A stretch of 64,000 bases of DNA from Mobula hypostoma (Eukaryota). Each line of letters begins with the position of its first letter. The first letter of the stretch is position 1. Positions 35,508-48,925 of this stretch are shown here, piece after piece. A program made the position numbers and the translations under genes. Under the pieces are notes generated by a model. It was not told where the DNA came from and did not search any database. It was given only the letters and a program-made list of their open reading frames with translations. The stretch covers positions 100,132,001 through 100,196,000 of the forward strand of contig NC_086108.1 of assembly GCF_963921235.1 (NCBI RefSeq), read 5' to 3'.

Positions 35508-37909
35508 AATCTTATACGCCTCTATCAAGGTGCCTCTCATTCTTCTTTGTTCCTAAGAGGAACATATTAGCTTGCTCAACCTTTCTTATAAGACATGCTT
35601 TATTTCTAAAATAGAATTAATTCAAAATAAAAATATATACAAAGTAGACAGTGCAAGTGTATCGAGATAATGGCCTGATTCTGTTCCTGTATCTTTATGA
35701 TCTTATAACCTTATATATGTAGCAAGAAAAGCTTGTCTTGCATACAATTCATAAAGATCTGATCAATTACACAGAGCATTGAGCTAAAATAAGGTAAAAC
35801 AATAACAATGCAGAATAAAGTGTAATAGCTGCCGAAAAGCTCATTGCAGGTAAACAATGAAAAGCAAAATTATAACCAGATAGATGGTGAGATCTTGGAA
35901 AGAGATCTCCAATTTTGAAATCAATTCTGGACACCATACTCAAGAATATGAAAGACCTCGAAAGGGTGCAGAAAAAAATAATTCAAAATTGCTCCAGGAA
36001 TGAGTTCAAATTAAAGAAATTAAAGTTGTCCTCCTCAGAATAAAGAAGGTCGAGAGGAGATAAATAGAGATAGGTAAGTTCATGGTGACTTTTGACAGGA
36101 TAACGCAGGGAAGTTGTTCCCATGAACAGATGGTTCAAGAACTATGGTACCGATTTAAAGTCAGGGGAAAGACATGGCGAGGATATGAGGAACGTAAAGA
36201 TTGGTGATGATTTTGACCCACTCTTGAACGTGAAGCTAGAGTTGATCAGGGCTTACAGAAAGGGACTGGATTGGCGCACAGGTAGATAGTTTATAAACGT
36301 AAGAGATCTACAAATGCTGGAAATCCAGAGCAACACTCAAAGTAAATTTATTACCAAAGTATCTATATGTCATCATGTACAGCTCTGAGATTCATTTTCT
36401 TGTGGGCATACACAGACGAACAAAGAAGTACAAAAGAATTTATGACAGACTATGCACAAAGACCGACAAGTAGCCAATGTGCAAAAGAAGACAAACAGAG
36501 CAAATACAAAAATAAATAAATAAATCGATAGATATGTTGATAGATAGATGGATGGATAGATAGAGGGTGGGTACTAAGAACATGAGTTTTAGAGTCCTTG
36601 ATAGTGAGCCCATAGGTTGCAGAAGCAGTTCAGAGTTGCGATGAGGACCCTGATGGTTGAAAGGTAATAACTATTTCTGAATCTGGTGGTGTGGGACTTA
36701 GGGCTCCAGCACCTTGTTCCTGATGGCAGCAGCCAGATGCTTAACTGTGCTTCCCAATGGCAAACATTTATATAGCACCCGTAAAAACGTTTTTTTTATG
36801 ATGTTCCGAAGAGTTATATCCCATTGAGTATTTATTGAGAAACATTCAATGTAGGAATAACACCAGCCAATTTACCTCTTGGCTGAAGAGTAATAACTAT
36901 TCCTGAACCTGGTGCTGTGAGGCTGAAGGCTTTTATACCTTCTTCCCAATGGCAGCAGTGAGAGGAGAGCATGGTCTGGATCATGAGGGTCCTTGATGAT
37001 GGATCCCTATCATAGCAGAACAGGACAACTCACCTGCACATAAAAGATCTCACATCTCTTCTCAAGCTTCTTCCAATTAACCCATATCATCTGCTCACTG
37101 ACCCTCCTATTGCTGGAGAAACATTCTCCTAATTTTCTTCATTAAAACCCAATAGCTCCCTTAATCTCTCCTTTTTACCTCAGTTTGAAAGAAAATAATT
37201 GTAGGAAGAATTAAGGTGAAAACTACTTCTCTTCAATTTTCAAAGTTCAAAGTACATTTAATATCAAAGTTACCATACACTACCTTGAGATAATCTTCTT
37301 GCATACAGACACAAAACAAAGAAACACAATAGAATTCACGAAAAACCCCATACCACAAAGACAAACACCCAACGTGTGAAAAAGAAAGAGCAAATCATGC
37401 AAACAATAAAAAAAAGCAAACAAACAATCCACAGAACATGAACTGCAGAAAAAGTAAGTCCACAACCACGAAGGCCAGTTCGGTGCTGCAGTCAGTCCAG
37501 GAGCCCGATGGCTGCAGGCCCTGATCATGGAGCCAGGATCAGCACTGAGGCGAGTGCCGATAACTGCAGGCTGCAGGTACAGAGTCAGTTTGAAGCTGAG
37601 GTGAGCAAAGCCTCCTGGAGTAGTGAGCTGAACACTGGTTCATCTTTCTCCTTCGGCCTTGACACCTTAATCTTTTTAATCTGACTCAGCGCTTAAATTG
37701 GCTAAACGTCGGTTCCCCATCCACTCTTGGACCCAGGCCTCACCGGCTCATTTCCCAAGTCCCACTCCAGTAATGGCCGCAGCAGCCATACAAGCATTTT
37801 CGAGTGTCCAGTTTGCCAAATCCTTCAGGATACCACAAAAACACCAGGTCGTACAGACGGTTCAAAAGTACACCTGCCAAAGGGAAATTACAGGCTGTGG
37901 ATTACATAA

Positions 37910-40195
37910 TCGCAGATAAGGCTCTTTTCCCATCTCCAACCCTTCTCCTCCTCTTGAACAGCCCGCTCTGATTTTCTGACTGCTCTGGACCTTTTATCTC
38001 TAATTGCTGACAAGACATCAACCGACCCAACTTCAGCGCTCCTCTCTCCTCCTCAAACCTTACCCTCTCAGAACACACTGCTTTCCACTCTCTCTGCACC
38101 AATCCAAACCTTTTCATCAAACCCAAAAGAGGTGTTGTTGTAGTCATTGTACTGACCTCTACCTTGCTGAGGCTAGGTGGCAACTCTCAGACACCTCTTC
38201 GTACTTATCCCTTGAGAAGTACCCCACTCCAGACTATCAGGCCACTGTCTCTTGCACCATTACTAACCTCATCAACTCTGAAGAATTCCCATCCATTGTT
38301 CCCAAACTCATAGTTCTCTTACCCAGCACTGCACATTTCTACCTCTTACCCATGATACACAAACCTGACTGCCTGGGTAGGCACATTGTCTCTGCCCTAT
38401 TGTACTCAAGTCCAACTACCTCGACTCCATGCTATTCCCCTTGGTTCAATCCCTTCCACCCACATCTGTGACACTTCTTATGCTCTCAATCTCCTCAAGA
38501 GCTTTCAATTCCCTTGCCCTGATCACCTCATTTTCACCATGGTTGTCCAGTCCCTATAGACTTCTATCCCACATGAGGAAGGCCTTGAAGCTCTCTGCTT
38601 CTTTCTCGACAAAAGACCCAAACAGTTCCCCTCCACCACCACTATCCTCTGGCAAAACTGGTCCCCTCCCATTTTCTCCAGACTCAGGGGGGAGGTTGCC
38701 ATGGATACCCACATAGGCCCCTGCCATGCCTGCCTTTTCACTGGCTAAGTGGAACAATCCATATTTCAAGTCATCCCTGGTAATGCTTCCCAACTGTCTA
38801 CTGACATCTTTTATAAACCTACTGACTCCCACAGCTACAATATCTTAACTATACCTCTTCCCACTCTGTCTCCTGTAAAGATGCTATTCAATTTTTTTCA
38901 GTTCCTTTGTCACAGTATGTTTCCAGGATAAGAGTTTCCTTTCCTTTCCAGGACATCAAATATGTTCTCCTCCTTCAAAGAAGAGGGTTTTCCTTCCTCC
39001 AGTATTGATGCTGTCATCACTGACATTTCATCTATTTCCCAGACATCTGCACTCATCCCATCTTCCCGCCGCCTTAACACGGATAGAGTTCCTCTTGTCC
39101 TTACCTGTCACCCCATAAGCCTCCACATCCAACACATTATTCTCAGCAACTTCTGCCATCTTCAACAGGATCCTACCACTAAACATATCTTTACCTCCAC
39201 CCACTCTCAGCTTTCTAAAGTTCAAAGTTAACTTATTATCAAAGTACTTATATGTCACCACATACAACCCTGAGATTAGTTTTCTTGCAGGCATACTCAG
39301 TAAATTCAAGTAGTATAATAGGGTTCTATTAATTATCATTATTTTATATAGTAATATATAGTAATAGAATTTCCACAAGGGTCACTCCCTCCATGATTCC
39401 CTTGTCCATTCATCCCTCCCCACTAATCTTCCTCCTGGCACCTTATCCCTGTGAGTGACAGAAATGCTACACCTGCCCATTCACTTCCTCTCTCACCTCC
39501 ATTCAGCACCTCAAACAGTGCTTCCAAGGGAGGCAACACTTTACCTGTGAATCTGGGGTCGTCTATTGTATCCGGTGCTCCCAATGCCGCCTGCTCTACA
39601 CTGGTAAGACCCAAGGTAAACTGGGGGACTGCTTTGTCAAACACCTCCGTACCATCTGCAAAAAGCAGAATTTCCTGGTGGCCAACCTTTTTAATTCCTA
39701 TGTCCATTCCTGTTTTGAGACGTTAGTCCATTGCCTGCTCATCTGCTATGATGAGGCCACTCTCAAGATGGAGGAGCAACACCTGATATTCCATCTAAGT
39801 AGCTTCCAAGGTGATGGCGTGAACATTGAATTTTCCTTCTAGTAACCTGCTTTTTTCTTTTTTCTTTTCCCCACTCACCTCCCACTTCTTCTATTCCCCA
39901 CTCTGGCACTTTACCTCTTTTCCTCACCTATCACTTCTCCCTGGTGCCCTTCCTCCTTCCCTTTCTCCCATGGTTCACTTTCCTCTCCAATCAGATTCCT
40001 TCTTCTCTAACCCTTTAACTTTCCTACCCAACTGGCTTCACCTATCAGCTTCTAGCTATCCTCCTTCCCCTCCTTAACCTTTTCATTCTGGCATCTTCCA
40101 GTCGTCAAGAAGGGCCAAAACATTGACTGCTTATTATTTTACATAGATGCTGCCTGACCTACTAAGTTCCATCCGCATTTTGTGCGTGTTGCTCA
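37910..40195 (+). mobile_element. Degenerate Penelope-like element (RT + GIY-YIG + pLTR), internally deleted
   Basis: TDLYLAEARWQLSDTSSY..TAHFYLLPMIHKPDCLGRHIVS, LSTDIFYKPTDSHSY, TCESGVVYCIRCSQCRLLYTGKT, then pLTR. Many frameshifts. A Rex1-type tail is inserted at ~39212-39370. Confidence 0.9.
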
Positions 40196-40759
40196 AAGAT
40201 CAGGGATCTATTTTATTTACCATGTATATTTTCCTGTATTAGGAACTTGCTGTGTTGGTCAGTGTGTGACACGCAGGACAGAAACAACAACATACAACAA
40301 CTATATAAAATAAAATTAGAGGTTAAGGTACAGACATGGAATAAAATGTGCATCAATACAGAAATACCAGCATGTATTTACAATGCAAACAGTATTATAA
40401 GATATAGTCTGAAGTATCTACAGAGAATAAGAGGTTGAAGCAGACCTCATTAAAACTCAGTCGGATTTATGAAAAACTATACATAAACAAAGACTCAAAC
40501 AATCAATGTGCAAAATAAGACAAATTGTGCAAACAAAAAAACTACTGAGAACATGAGTTGTAAAGAGTCTTTGGAAGTGTGTCAATGGGTTGTGGAGTCA
40601 GTTCATTGTTCAGATGAGTGAAATTATCCACACTGGTTCAGGAGCCTGATGGTTGAAGGGTAAAAACTGTTCCTGAAACTGGTGGTGTAGGACCTCCTGC
40701 TTGATGGTAGTAGTGAGAAGGGAGCATGGCCTGGATGGTGGGGTCCTTGATAATACATA

Positions 40760-41245
40760 AACACAAGAGATTCTGCAGATGTTGGAATCGCAGAGTAACA
40801 CACACAAAATGCTGGAGAAACTCAGCAGGTCAGGCACCATCTATGGAGAGGAATAAAGAGTTGGTGTTTCGTGCTGAGTTCCTTCATCAGGTCTGGAAAA
40901 GAAGGGGGAAGAAGGTAGAATAAGAAGATGGGGTAAGAGGAAAGAGTACAAACTGGAAGGTGATGGGTGAAGCCATGTGAGGGGGAAAGCATGTGATTGC
41001 AGGGAGCGGGGGGATAAAGTGAGAAGCATGAAGTGATTGGTGGAAAAATTAGAGAACTGTAGAAGAAGGAATCTGATAGGAGAGGGGATTGGGGACCATG
41101 GGAGAAAGGGAAGAAGGAGGGGCACAAGAGGAGGTGATGAGTAGGTGAGGAGAAGTGAATGAGCCAGAGTGTGAAGTGGAAAAAGAGAGTAGAGGGAGGG
41201 GAGAAGAAAATACCGGAAGTTTGAGAAATCTACATGGATGCTTTT
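40760..41245 (-). mobile_element. Penelope-like pseudo-LTR
   Basis: Minus strand ..DFSNFR, then pyrimidine-rich pLTR and CAGACCTGATGAAGGAACTCAGCACGAAACACCAACTC (40858-40895). Confidence 0.8.
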
Positions 41246-41324
41246 TATTTGTTGCACTGCTCCATGTAAACATGTTCAATGGTGGATAATTCTATTTTTG
41301 GATAATAGTTACAATTGATAGAAA

Positions 41325-41770
41325 TAACTCGGAAAATGTATAGCTTGGGAGGTTGATGGTTGAGTTGTTTTCCAATCATTGCGATCCATTTGCAAATGTT
41401 TTATCATCCGACAAGGAGACACCATCAGTGTACTGTTCATTTGTGCTGTGCCATCCAAATGCTTGGCCCTTATATACTTATCAATCAGCTGATAGGCCAT
41501 CATTACAGAAACTCAATAGTGACATAGGGAGGGGGTGTCATTGCTGATTAGTTGTATGGTGAACTTAGTGCGTTGTAGTCTGGAACTTTGCATGCAATGG
41601 TTTATAAATAGGATCGAGGACTACATGGCTGCTTATGGAATTGTTTGCGGAAAACCATGCTTCTAGGAATTCTCTTGCATGTTTGTCCTTCACTGGTGAC
41701 AAAATACTTGCAAATGGATTGCCAAGATCACAGAACAACTTAACCCGACCAGTTACCAAATGGTCAGTAA
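41325..41770 (-). mobile_element. Second Penelope lineage: 3' end with inverted pLTR fragment
   Basis: KHAREFLEAWFSANNSISSHVVLDPIYKPL (GIY-YIG C-terminus). Decayed hammerhead CACTGATGGTGTC..GATAAAACATT. 41697-41750 is an inverted copy of 41355-41405. Confidence 0.7.
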
Positions 41771-42959
41771 TCTCCAGCTCCTGTCTCACCACTCTCCTTC
41801 TCCCGATGAAAGGTCTTAATCCAAAACACCAACCGTTCCCTTTCCCTGACAGATACTGCTCGAATATCTCTAGCAGGTTGGTTATTGTTCCAGATTCCAG
41901 CAGCTGCAGTCTCCTGTGTCTACATCAAAGGCCTTTTACTTCATTCCCTCTCCTGTACTCAGTACAGATTCCATCTCTTTCAAGATCATCACAAAGAGTA
42001 GCCACAAAATGTGTGCAGTTTCACAAAGCCCTGCTCTGAGTTTCCATCTGTGTACAATTTGTAGGTAAATAAAAGCCAAGGTTGTTTTTATTCCAGGAAG
42101 TGATTCTGAGTGATATAATTTTTTTCCAACAGATGCTACAGGAACTGTTGTCAGTCAACTGGTAACTACTTGTGCTTTCCAATTTGGCTTTTTCTCTAAA
42201 GCTTATTTTTGCTGAAAATTAACGTGAAGTCTATTCCCAGGAGCAGAGAGAGGGAGAGCTTAAATCTCCTCTTTGCCTCCACCTTCATTTTATAAGCTAT
42301 TCTCCTCAATTCCTTTCATGGACCTGTTGTCACTGCCCTGTGACTTGAGTACTCCTGAAGACAGGACAACTGCACAGAGAGTAGCTGGCATGGATTTGAT
42401 GGGCCAAGCGGCCTTCTTCTGTGTCAGAGTAAGTGAGGAAGTGGCTTTGCTCTGTGCCGCAAATTTTGATGCTCTTGTTATCGTTTCCTAATACACGTGC
42501 AGGTATTGTGCACTCCATTGTTTGCACACTATTGACTGTTGGGTTTAAAGTAATTGAGCAGTTCCTCTGACAATTGAACGCAATTTCTGTGTACCCATCT
42601 TCCATTCCCACCATTAAGGTAACAGGAATCCCCTACTTTTGACCAGGAACTGAAAAGTCTACAAAAAATTGATGGGTACAGCCCAGTTAATCACAGAAAA
42701 AGCCTCCCCATCATTGAGCACGTTAACATAGAATGTTGCCACAGGAGAGCTGAATCCATCATCAAGGACCCCTGTCATCCAGGCCATGCTCCCTTCTCAT
42801 TACCACAACTGGGCATGAGGTGCAGAAGCCTTAGGTGCCACAATACCAGGTTCAGGAAGGTACTAACCTACAACCATTAAGCTCCTGAACAAGTGTGGAT
42901 GACTTCACTCACCTCATTGCTGAACAGATTCCACAATCTACCACCTACACATGTCTGGG

Positions 42960-43116
42960 CACGTGTGTCTGTGTCTGTGTATGCCGTGTCATGGTCTATG
43001 TATGTTTGAGTATCTGACTGCATATGTATGCATGTGTGTGTGTGTGCACTGTGAATGTCTATACACTGTATGTAACGGTGTATGTTGATTGCCTGTGTAG
43101 ATATGTGTGCATGTGT

Positions 43117-43165
<49 letters not shown>

Positions 43166-43260
43166 TGTCTGTCTGTATGTATGTCTATGTCTGTATATAT
43201 CACAGTGCATGTGTGTTTGATTGTCTGTGTGTATACAGTATATGCGTGTGTGCTTGCACA
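42960..43260. repeat. (TG)n-rich simple repeat
   Basis: Imperfect TG/TA/TC dinucleotide tract with a pure core at ~43125-43163. Confidence 0.9.
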
Positions 43261-45381
43261 GATATCCGATCCTGGGACCCACTGACCTGGGGCAGCCCGA
43301 CATTCACAGATGTCCTTCATCCCTCCTCCACATCGCTGGCCAAGTGCAGAGTGGAGCCTGAGAATCCGAAAGTCCTTCATCAGCTGTCCACTTCCTTCAC
43401 TCTTCACCTAAATATCTGGAGATGTTTTCTCCCCGGTGTCTGTTCAAATTCATCTCAACACCCTTAAATTAATTAGCTTGCCCTCTCGCTGCAGGCAGTG
43501 AGTTCTAGATCAGAAATATTCTGCCACACACACAGAGAAAGAATTCCCTCACAAACTCTTTGCATCTTTTGCCCGGACGGTTACACTTGTGTTCACTGAT
43601 TCTTGGGCACCTGCTGATGGAGAAGTTTCCTTACATCTATACTGCATAAATCAGAGATGACCCTGTGCCCTTCCTTCAAGTTTTCCTCAGCCTAATTTGC
43701 AGCAAGGAGAGCCAAACTCAGGTTCCCTGCCTAAACCTATGAGAGTTCTGCTCCGCTGCCCGTGCTGTAGTTTGATCTGATTCAGCCTTCTGAGTCAGTC
43801 ATTCTTGGCTAGAGTGCTAATGAAGTCTTGCATTTTGCTTTAGGACACCGGAGTGAAAGAGGGAAGAAACAACCAGCTGGGATTCTGCTCCTGCTCGACT
43901 ATGAGAAAGCAAATGTGAACACCAAAGGCAACCTAAAATCAGAGTTATTTATGGCATGTCTTCAATGTGGGAAGCCATGCTCCTACCTTATACAGGAGCC
44001 TCCACAAAGAAAGGGATAGTGATCGGGAAAGATATGTTGAGACATACAGATGTGCATCAGTCTTCAGAAATCTGGAGATGCTTTGCTCCAGAATTCCTGC
44101 TTTCAGTGTGGTTTCTTCTGCCTTATAATGACGCCTTGCCAGAATGAAGCACAATCCATCCTTAACCTTACCACTGTGTGGATGCTCAGCCAGGCCCAGA
44201 CAGTCACAAATCCGGGGACAGTATTCCTGTGCTTTGCAGGGTTTCCCTGGAAGTTAGATCACCTTCTCTTGAGGAAATGTTACTCACTCCCAAGAACTAG
44301 ATGGCATAGGTTTAAGGAGGAAGGTTCAATAGAAAGCTGGTGGGCAGTTTTTTCACCCAGAGGGTGGTTAGTTCATGGAGTGAGCTGCCAGAAGAAGTAG
44401 TCGAGGCAGGTACATTAACAACATCTAAAAGAGACTTGGACAGGTACATGGATAGGGCATCCTGAAACCCTTCGGACCAGCAAGGGGCACCGGGTAACGG
44501 CAGGTCTCAGTGCACCCGAGTGCCATTTATTTGAGGTCATTAGAATTGCCTGATGATTTCTTTTATCATTAAGTTGTCACTGCGCTTTTTGTGATGCCCG
44601 TTATGTGAATACGTTTTCCTTATGCTTCTCGTTCTTGTGATTAGTTTTTGATTTCGACCCGCACGGGTTTTCTGTGTTTTATGGTCTACTTAAGGTTATT
44701 CTGGACAAGCACTTGTTGCTGAGTCCTGGGTTGGAGTTCTGTGTGAGCTAACATTCTGTGAACCCAAGTCACAAATAAGTGAGCTCTTTGCTTGATTATT
44801 CCTTGTATTATTCTCCAAATAAGTCTTCATTGTTAATTTATATGATCGAGCCCTGAGTTTACTCCACACCTGAGTCCCCCTGTCTGAAGATTGTTTCAGT
44901 GGGTAAATGAGATCAGCTTAGATAGGAATACTGGTCAGCATAGACCATTCGGGCTGAAGGCCTATTTCTGTGCTGTATCACTCTGAAAGTACCAGGCTTC
45001 CGTGGAGGTGTAGCCCTCTGGAGCGGAACAGTGCTGGGAACCCCATTCAGCTTCGTCCTCATTACCTGTACTTTTCAGATCCCTCATTGCCCAAAAAAAT
45101 CTTTCAAGGGGTCCCTTATCCCAGTTCCCATACCCAGTTCATTTCTAAGAAGCTTCACACCACCCTAATAAGGTCACGGTCATTCCTCTCCTCTGGCTGC
45201 TGACTGTCTATTTTCACTTCATACCATCCCCACGGGGTCAGACACAGCCCGGGTCTTGCAGCAAGCAAAGGTGATCCATAGGTCCACAGCTTTGGCCTCC
45301 AGTCAGTACAGGCTACTATAGCCATAGATACACAAACTCTCCTGGCCTTGAAATTGGAATTGGTTTATCATTGTCACTTGT

Positions 45382-45691
45382 TGGTGCATGGCCAAGTGGT
45401 TAAGGTGTTCGTCTAGTGATCTGAAAGTCGCTAGTTCGAGCCTTGGCTGAGGCAGCGTGGTGTGTCCTTGTGCAAGGCACTTAACCACACATTGCTCTGC
45501 GACGACACCGGTGCCAAGCTGTATGGGTCCTAATGCCCTTCCCTTGGACAACATTGGTGGCGTGGAGAGGGGAGACTTGCAGCATGGACCACTGCCGGCC
45601 TTCCATGCAACCTTGCCCAGGCCTGCACCCTGGAAACCTTCCAAAGCGCAAATTCACGGTCTCACAAGACTAACGGATGCCTCTTTATATA
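45382..45691 (+). mobile_element. Young tRNA/CORE-like/RTE-tail SINE (copy 3)
   Basis: TSD TGTCACTTGT at 45372-81 and 45692-701. Confidence 0.9.
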
Positions 45692-46429
45692 TGTCACTTG
45701 TACTGAGATACAGTAAAAAACTTGTCTTGCATGCTGTCCATACAGATCAGATCATTACACAGTGCATTGAGAAAGAACATGGTAAAAAATAATAACAGAA
45801 TGCAGAATAAAGTGTAATGGCTACAGGGAAAGTGCAGTGTAGATGAACAATAAGGTGCAGGATCATAATGAGGTAGATTGTGAGGTCAAGGGTTCAATTT
45901 GTCAATTTGTCATACTACGGTAAATTTAACAGGGTTATAACAGCAGGGTAGAAGCTGTCCTTGAACCTGATGAAACGTGCTTTCAGGCTTTTGTATCTTC
46001 TGCCTGATGGGCAGAGGGAGAAGAGAAAGTGTCCGAGGTGGGTAGATCTCTGATTTTGCTGGCTGCTTTACTGAGGCAGTGATAACTATAGACAGAGTCT
46101 CAAAGGGAGGCTGGTTCCCAAGATGTGCCAAGCTGTGTCCATAACTCTGCAGTTTCTTGCAGTAATGGGCAGAGCATTTGCCATCCTAAGGCATGATGCA
46201 CCCCGGATACGATGCTTTCTATGGCCAACTTTTAATGTCCCAAAGTATTTCCAGGTCAATTAAACTGTGAGGGATCGATACATCAGCCACATTCATTTAC
46301 CCCTAGACAAGACATCCACATTTGGCAAGATCCACAGCATGCTTGGCTTGGAGAAAGTAACAACGCTGATAAAATAGAGAAGCTCCATAAAGCAGCCATG
46401 GAATCCCGTTGGATGCCCTGGAGTTCAGG

Positions 46430-47420
46430 ACATAGAACAGTACAGGCCATTCAGCCTACAATGTTTTGCTGACCTTTTAACTACTCTATTATCAATCTAA
46501 TACTTTCTTCCCAGATAGTCCCCCTTTCACTTCCGTCCTAGTACGTTCCTCACAGTCTTTAAGCTCCACTGTCATCCACAAACAGAACAAACTAGAAGAT
46601 GATCACAAGTGGGATCTGAGGGGAGATGAGGTTACTGGCCTGGCTGGAGATTGGCTCAGATGATGTATGGGAATTGAAATGGATAGAACATGGAACATAT
46701 AACAGTACAGCACAGTCAGGTTCTTCGCCCACAATGCTGTGCCAACCTTTTAACCTATTCCAAGACAAATCTAGCACTTCTCTCCCACATAGTCCCCTAT
46801 TTTTCTGTCACCCATGTGCCTCTCAAAGTCTCTTAAATGTCCCTAATGTATTTGCCTCTACCAGCACTCCCGACAGGTCATTTCTCACACCCTCCACTCC
46901 CTGCAAAAGACTTACCTCTGATATCCCCTCTGTACTTTGCTTCAAATACCTTAAAATTATGCCCTCTCGCATCAGCCGTTTCTGCCCTGGGGAAAAGTCC
47001 CTGGCTGTCTACTCTTTCTATGCCTTTTAATCATCTTATGTCTATCATCTTAGACTCATCAAGGTCAATTTAGCCCTTCTTTCTCACATAAACTTCTATT
47101 TTCCTTTCACCTATGTACAGTACCTGTCTGAGGCTCTTTTAAATGTCCCTGATCTATCTACCTCTACCACCACCCTGGTCATGCACTGACCACTCTCTGT
47201 TTAAAAAACCTACCTCTGACACCACCCGACCCCCCATACTTCCCTCCAAACATCTCGCATTAGCCAGTCCTATCCTGGGAAAAAGGTGCTGGCTGTCCAA
47301 TCTATCCATCCCTCTCATTATTTTATACATCTCTTTCAAGTCATGTCTCATCTTTCTTCAATCCAAAGAGAGAAGTCCTAACCTCCTCAACCCTTCCTCA
47401 TAAGACTTGCTGTCCAATCC
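46430..47420 (-). mobile_element. Cluster of CR1 3' fragments
   Basis: Three successive CR1 tails (ATAGAACAGTACAGGCC, AACAGTACAGCACAG, and a third from ~47070). Confidence 0.7.
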
Positions 47421-48079
47421 ATTAGAGAAGTAAAATCAGAAATCCACTAGACCTAGAAGAGAAACAGAAAATGGGACAGAAATGAAGAGAATATTGTGCC
47501 AAGCTGAAGTATTCATTTCATTCCTATTTTATTAGATTTAGTCAATAAAATAAATTCCCATTGTCTCATTCCTGATATTCTGCTGTACTCCACAGAGAAC
47601 TAATAACTGGGTAGGTTCCTTGTGACTTCAGACACATTAAAGTCCATAATGTGCCCTTTGTCATAATAATAAGTTCTTAGAAAGTGCTGTTAACTTCACT
47701 CTGGAGGACGTGCTGCAGAGCAACACAGCCAATCAATTAGATTTTATTTCCCTGTATTTATTAGCCCTCACCAGATGGACCACTTTGGACAATCTAGCAA
47801 GATAAGTGGGCCTCTTTAATACATTGTTATTTACCTTCACCAACCAGCAAGAAATATTTCTGAAAACTATAATTATTATTTCCATTAAAAAATGCATTCA
47901 ATAACATAATTCCCAGGAGAATTTGGCTTGTTATCCCAGTGGGTTTCTGAGACATGAAGTTTGGGACTGTCTCCAGTTTAGACCTAGTTTAGCATCATGT
48001 AATCATTCAGACAACAGTACAGCCAGTGTCCTTTGCTCAGGAATTGGCATGGGGCAGCATGAGGGGCACATTTTATTCC

Positions 48080-48115
48080 TGAGAGCCAATGGGTGAATGG
48101 GTGTGTGTGTATGTA

Positions 48116-48168
<53 letters not shown>

Positions 48169-48170
48169 AT
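48080..48170. repeat. (TG)n microsatellite
   Basis: Long TG run. Confidence 0.95.
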
Positions 48171-48217
48171 GTTTGTGTTTGCTTGCATACATGTCTGTGC
48201 CTATGTTTGTAGCCATG

Positions 48218-48925
48218 TACTTTTATACTTTATACTTTATTGTCGCTAAACAATTGGTACTAGAACGTACAATCATCACAGCGATATTTGATTCTGCGCT
48301 TCACACCCCCTGGATTACAAATATTAAATATTAAAAATATTAAAAATAGTTAAAATTAGTAAATATTAAAAACTTAAATTATAAATCATAAATAGAAAAT
48401 AGAAAAATGGGAAGTAAGGTAGTGCAAAAAAACCGAGAGGCAGGTCTGGATATTTGGAGGGTACGGCCCAGATCCGGGTCAGGATCCATTCAGCAGTCTT
48501 ATCACAGTAGGAAAGAAGCTGTTCCCAAATCTGGCTGTACGAGTCTTCAAGCTCCTGAACCTTCTCCCGGAGGGAAGAAGGATGAAAAGTGTGGTGGCTG
48601 GGTGGGTCGTGTCCGTGATTATCCTGGCAGCACTGCTCCAACAGCATGCAATGTAAAGTGAGTCCACGGACAGAAGATTGGTTTGTATGATGTGCTGGGC
48701 TGTGTTCACGATCTTCTGCAGCTTCTTTCGGTCTTGGACAGGACAACTTCCATACCAGGTTGTGATGCACCCTAGAAGAATGCTTTCTACGGTGCATCTA
48801 TAAAAATTAGTGAGGGTTTTAGGGGACAGGCCAAATTTCTTTAGTTTTCTTTGGAAGTAAAGGCGCTGGTGGGCCTTCTTGGCAGTGAACTCTGCTTGGT
48901 TGGACCAAGTCAGGTCATTTGTGAT
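48218..48925 (-). mobile_element. Young Rex1-like LINE 3' fragment
   Basis: (TACTTTA)n tail. HPATTLFILLPSGRRFRSLKTRTARFGNSFFPTVIRLLN. CpGs retained. Confidence 0.85.

Noticed and set aside
37744..37873. Minus-strand 130-bp exon-like segment (TTTCCCTTTGGCAG|...CCG|GTGAGG)
   Set aside because: The splice-like sites look good, but the segment is continuous with a retroposon-like unit ending in the TTCAAAGTTCAAAGT tail at ~37240. No recognisable peptide. Likely repeat-derived; RNA-seq could rescue it.
44174..44248. Minus-strand 75-bp exon-like segment (one frame reads CPRICDC)
   Set aside because: Good donor (GTG|GTAAGG) but poor polypyrimidine tract. The LRR-cap resemblance is too short to trust.
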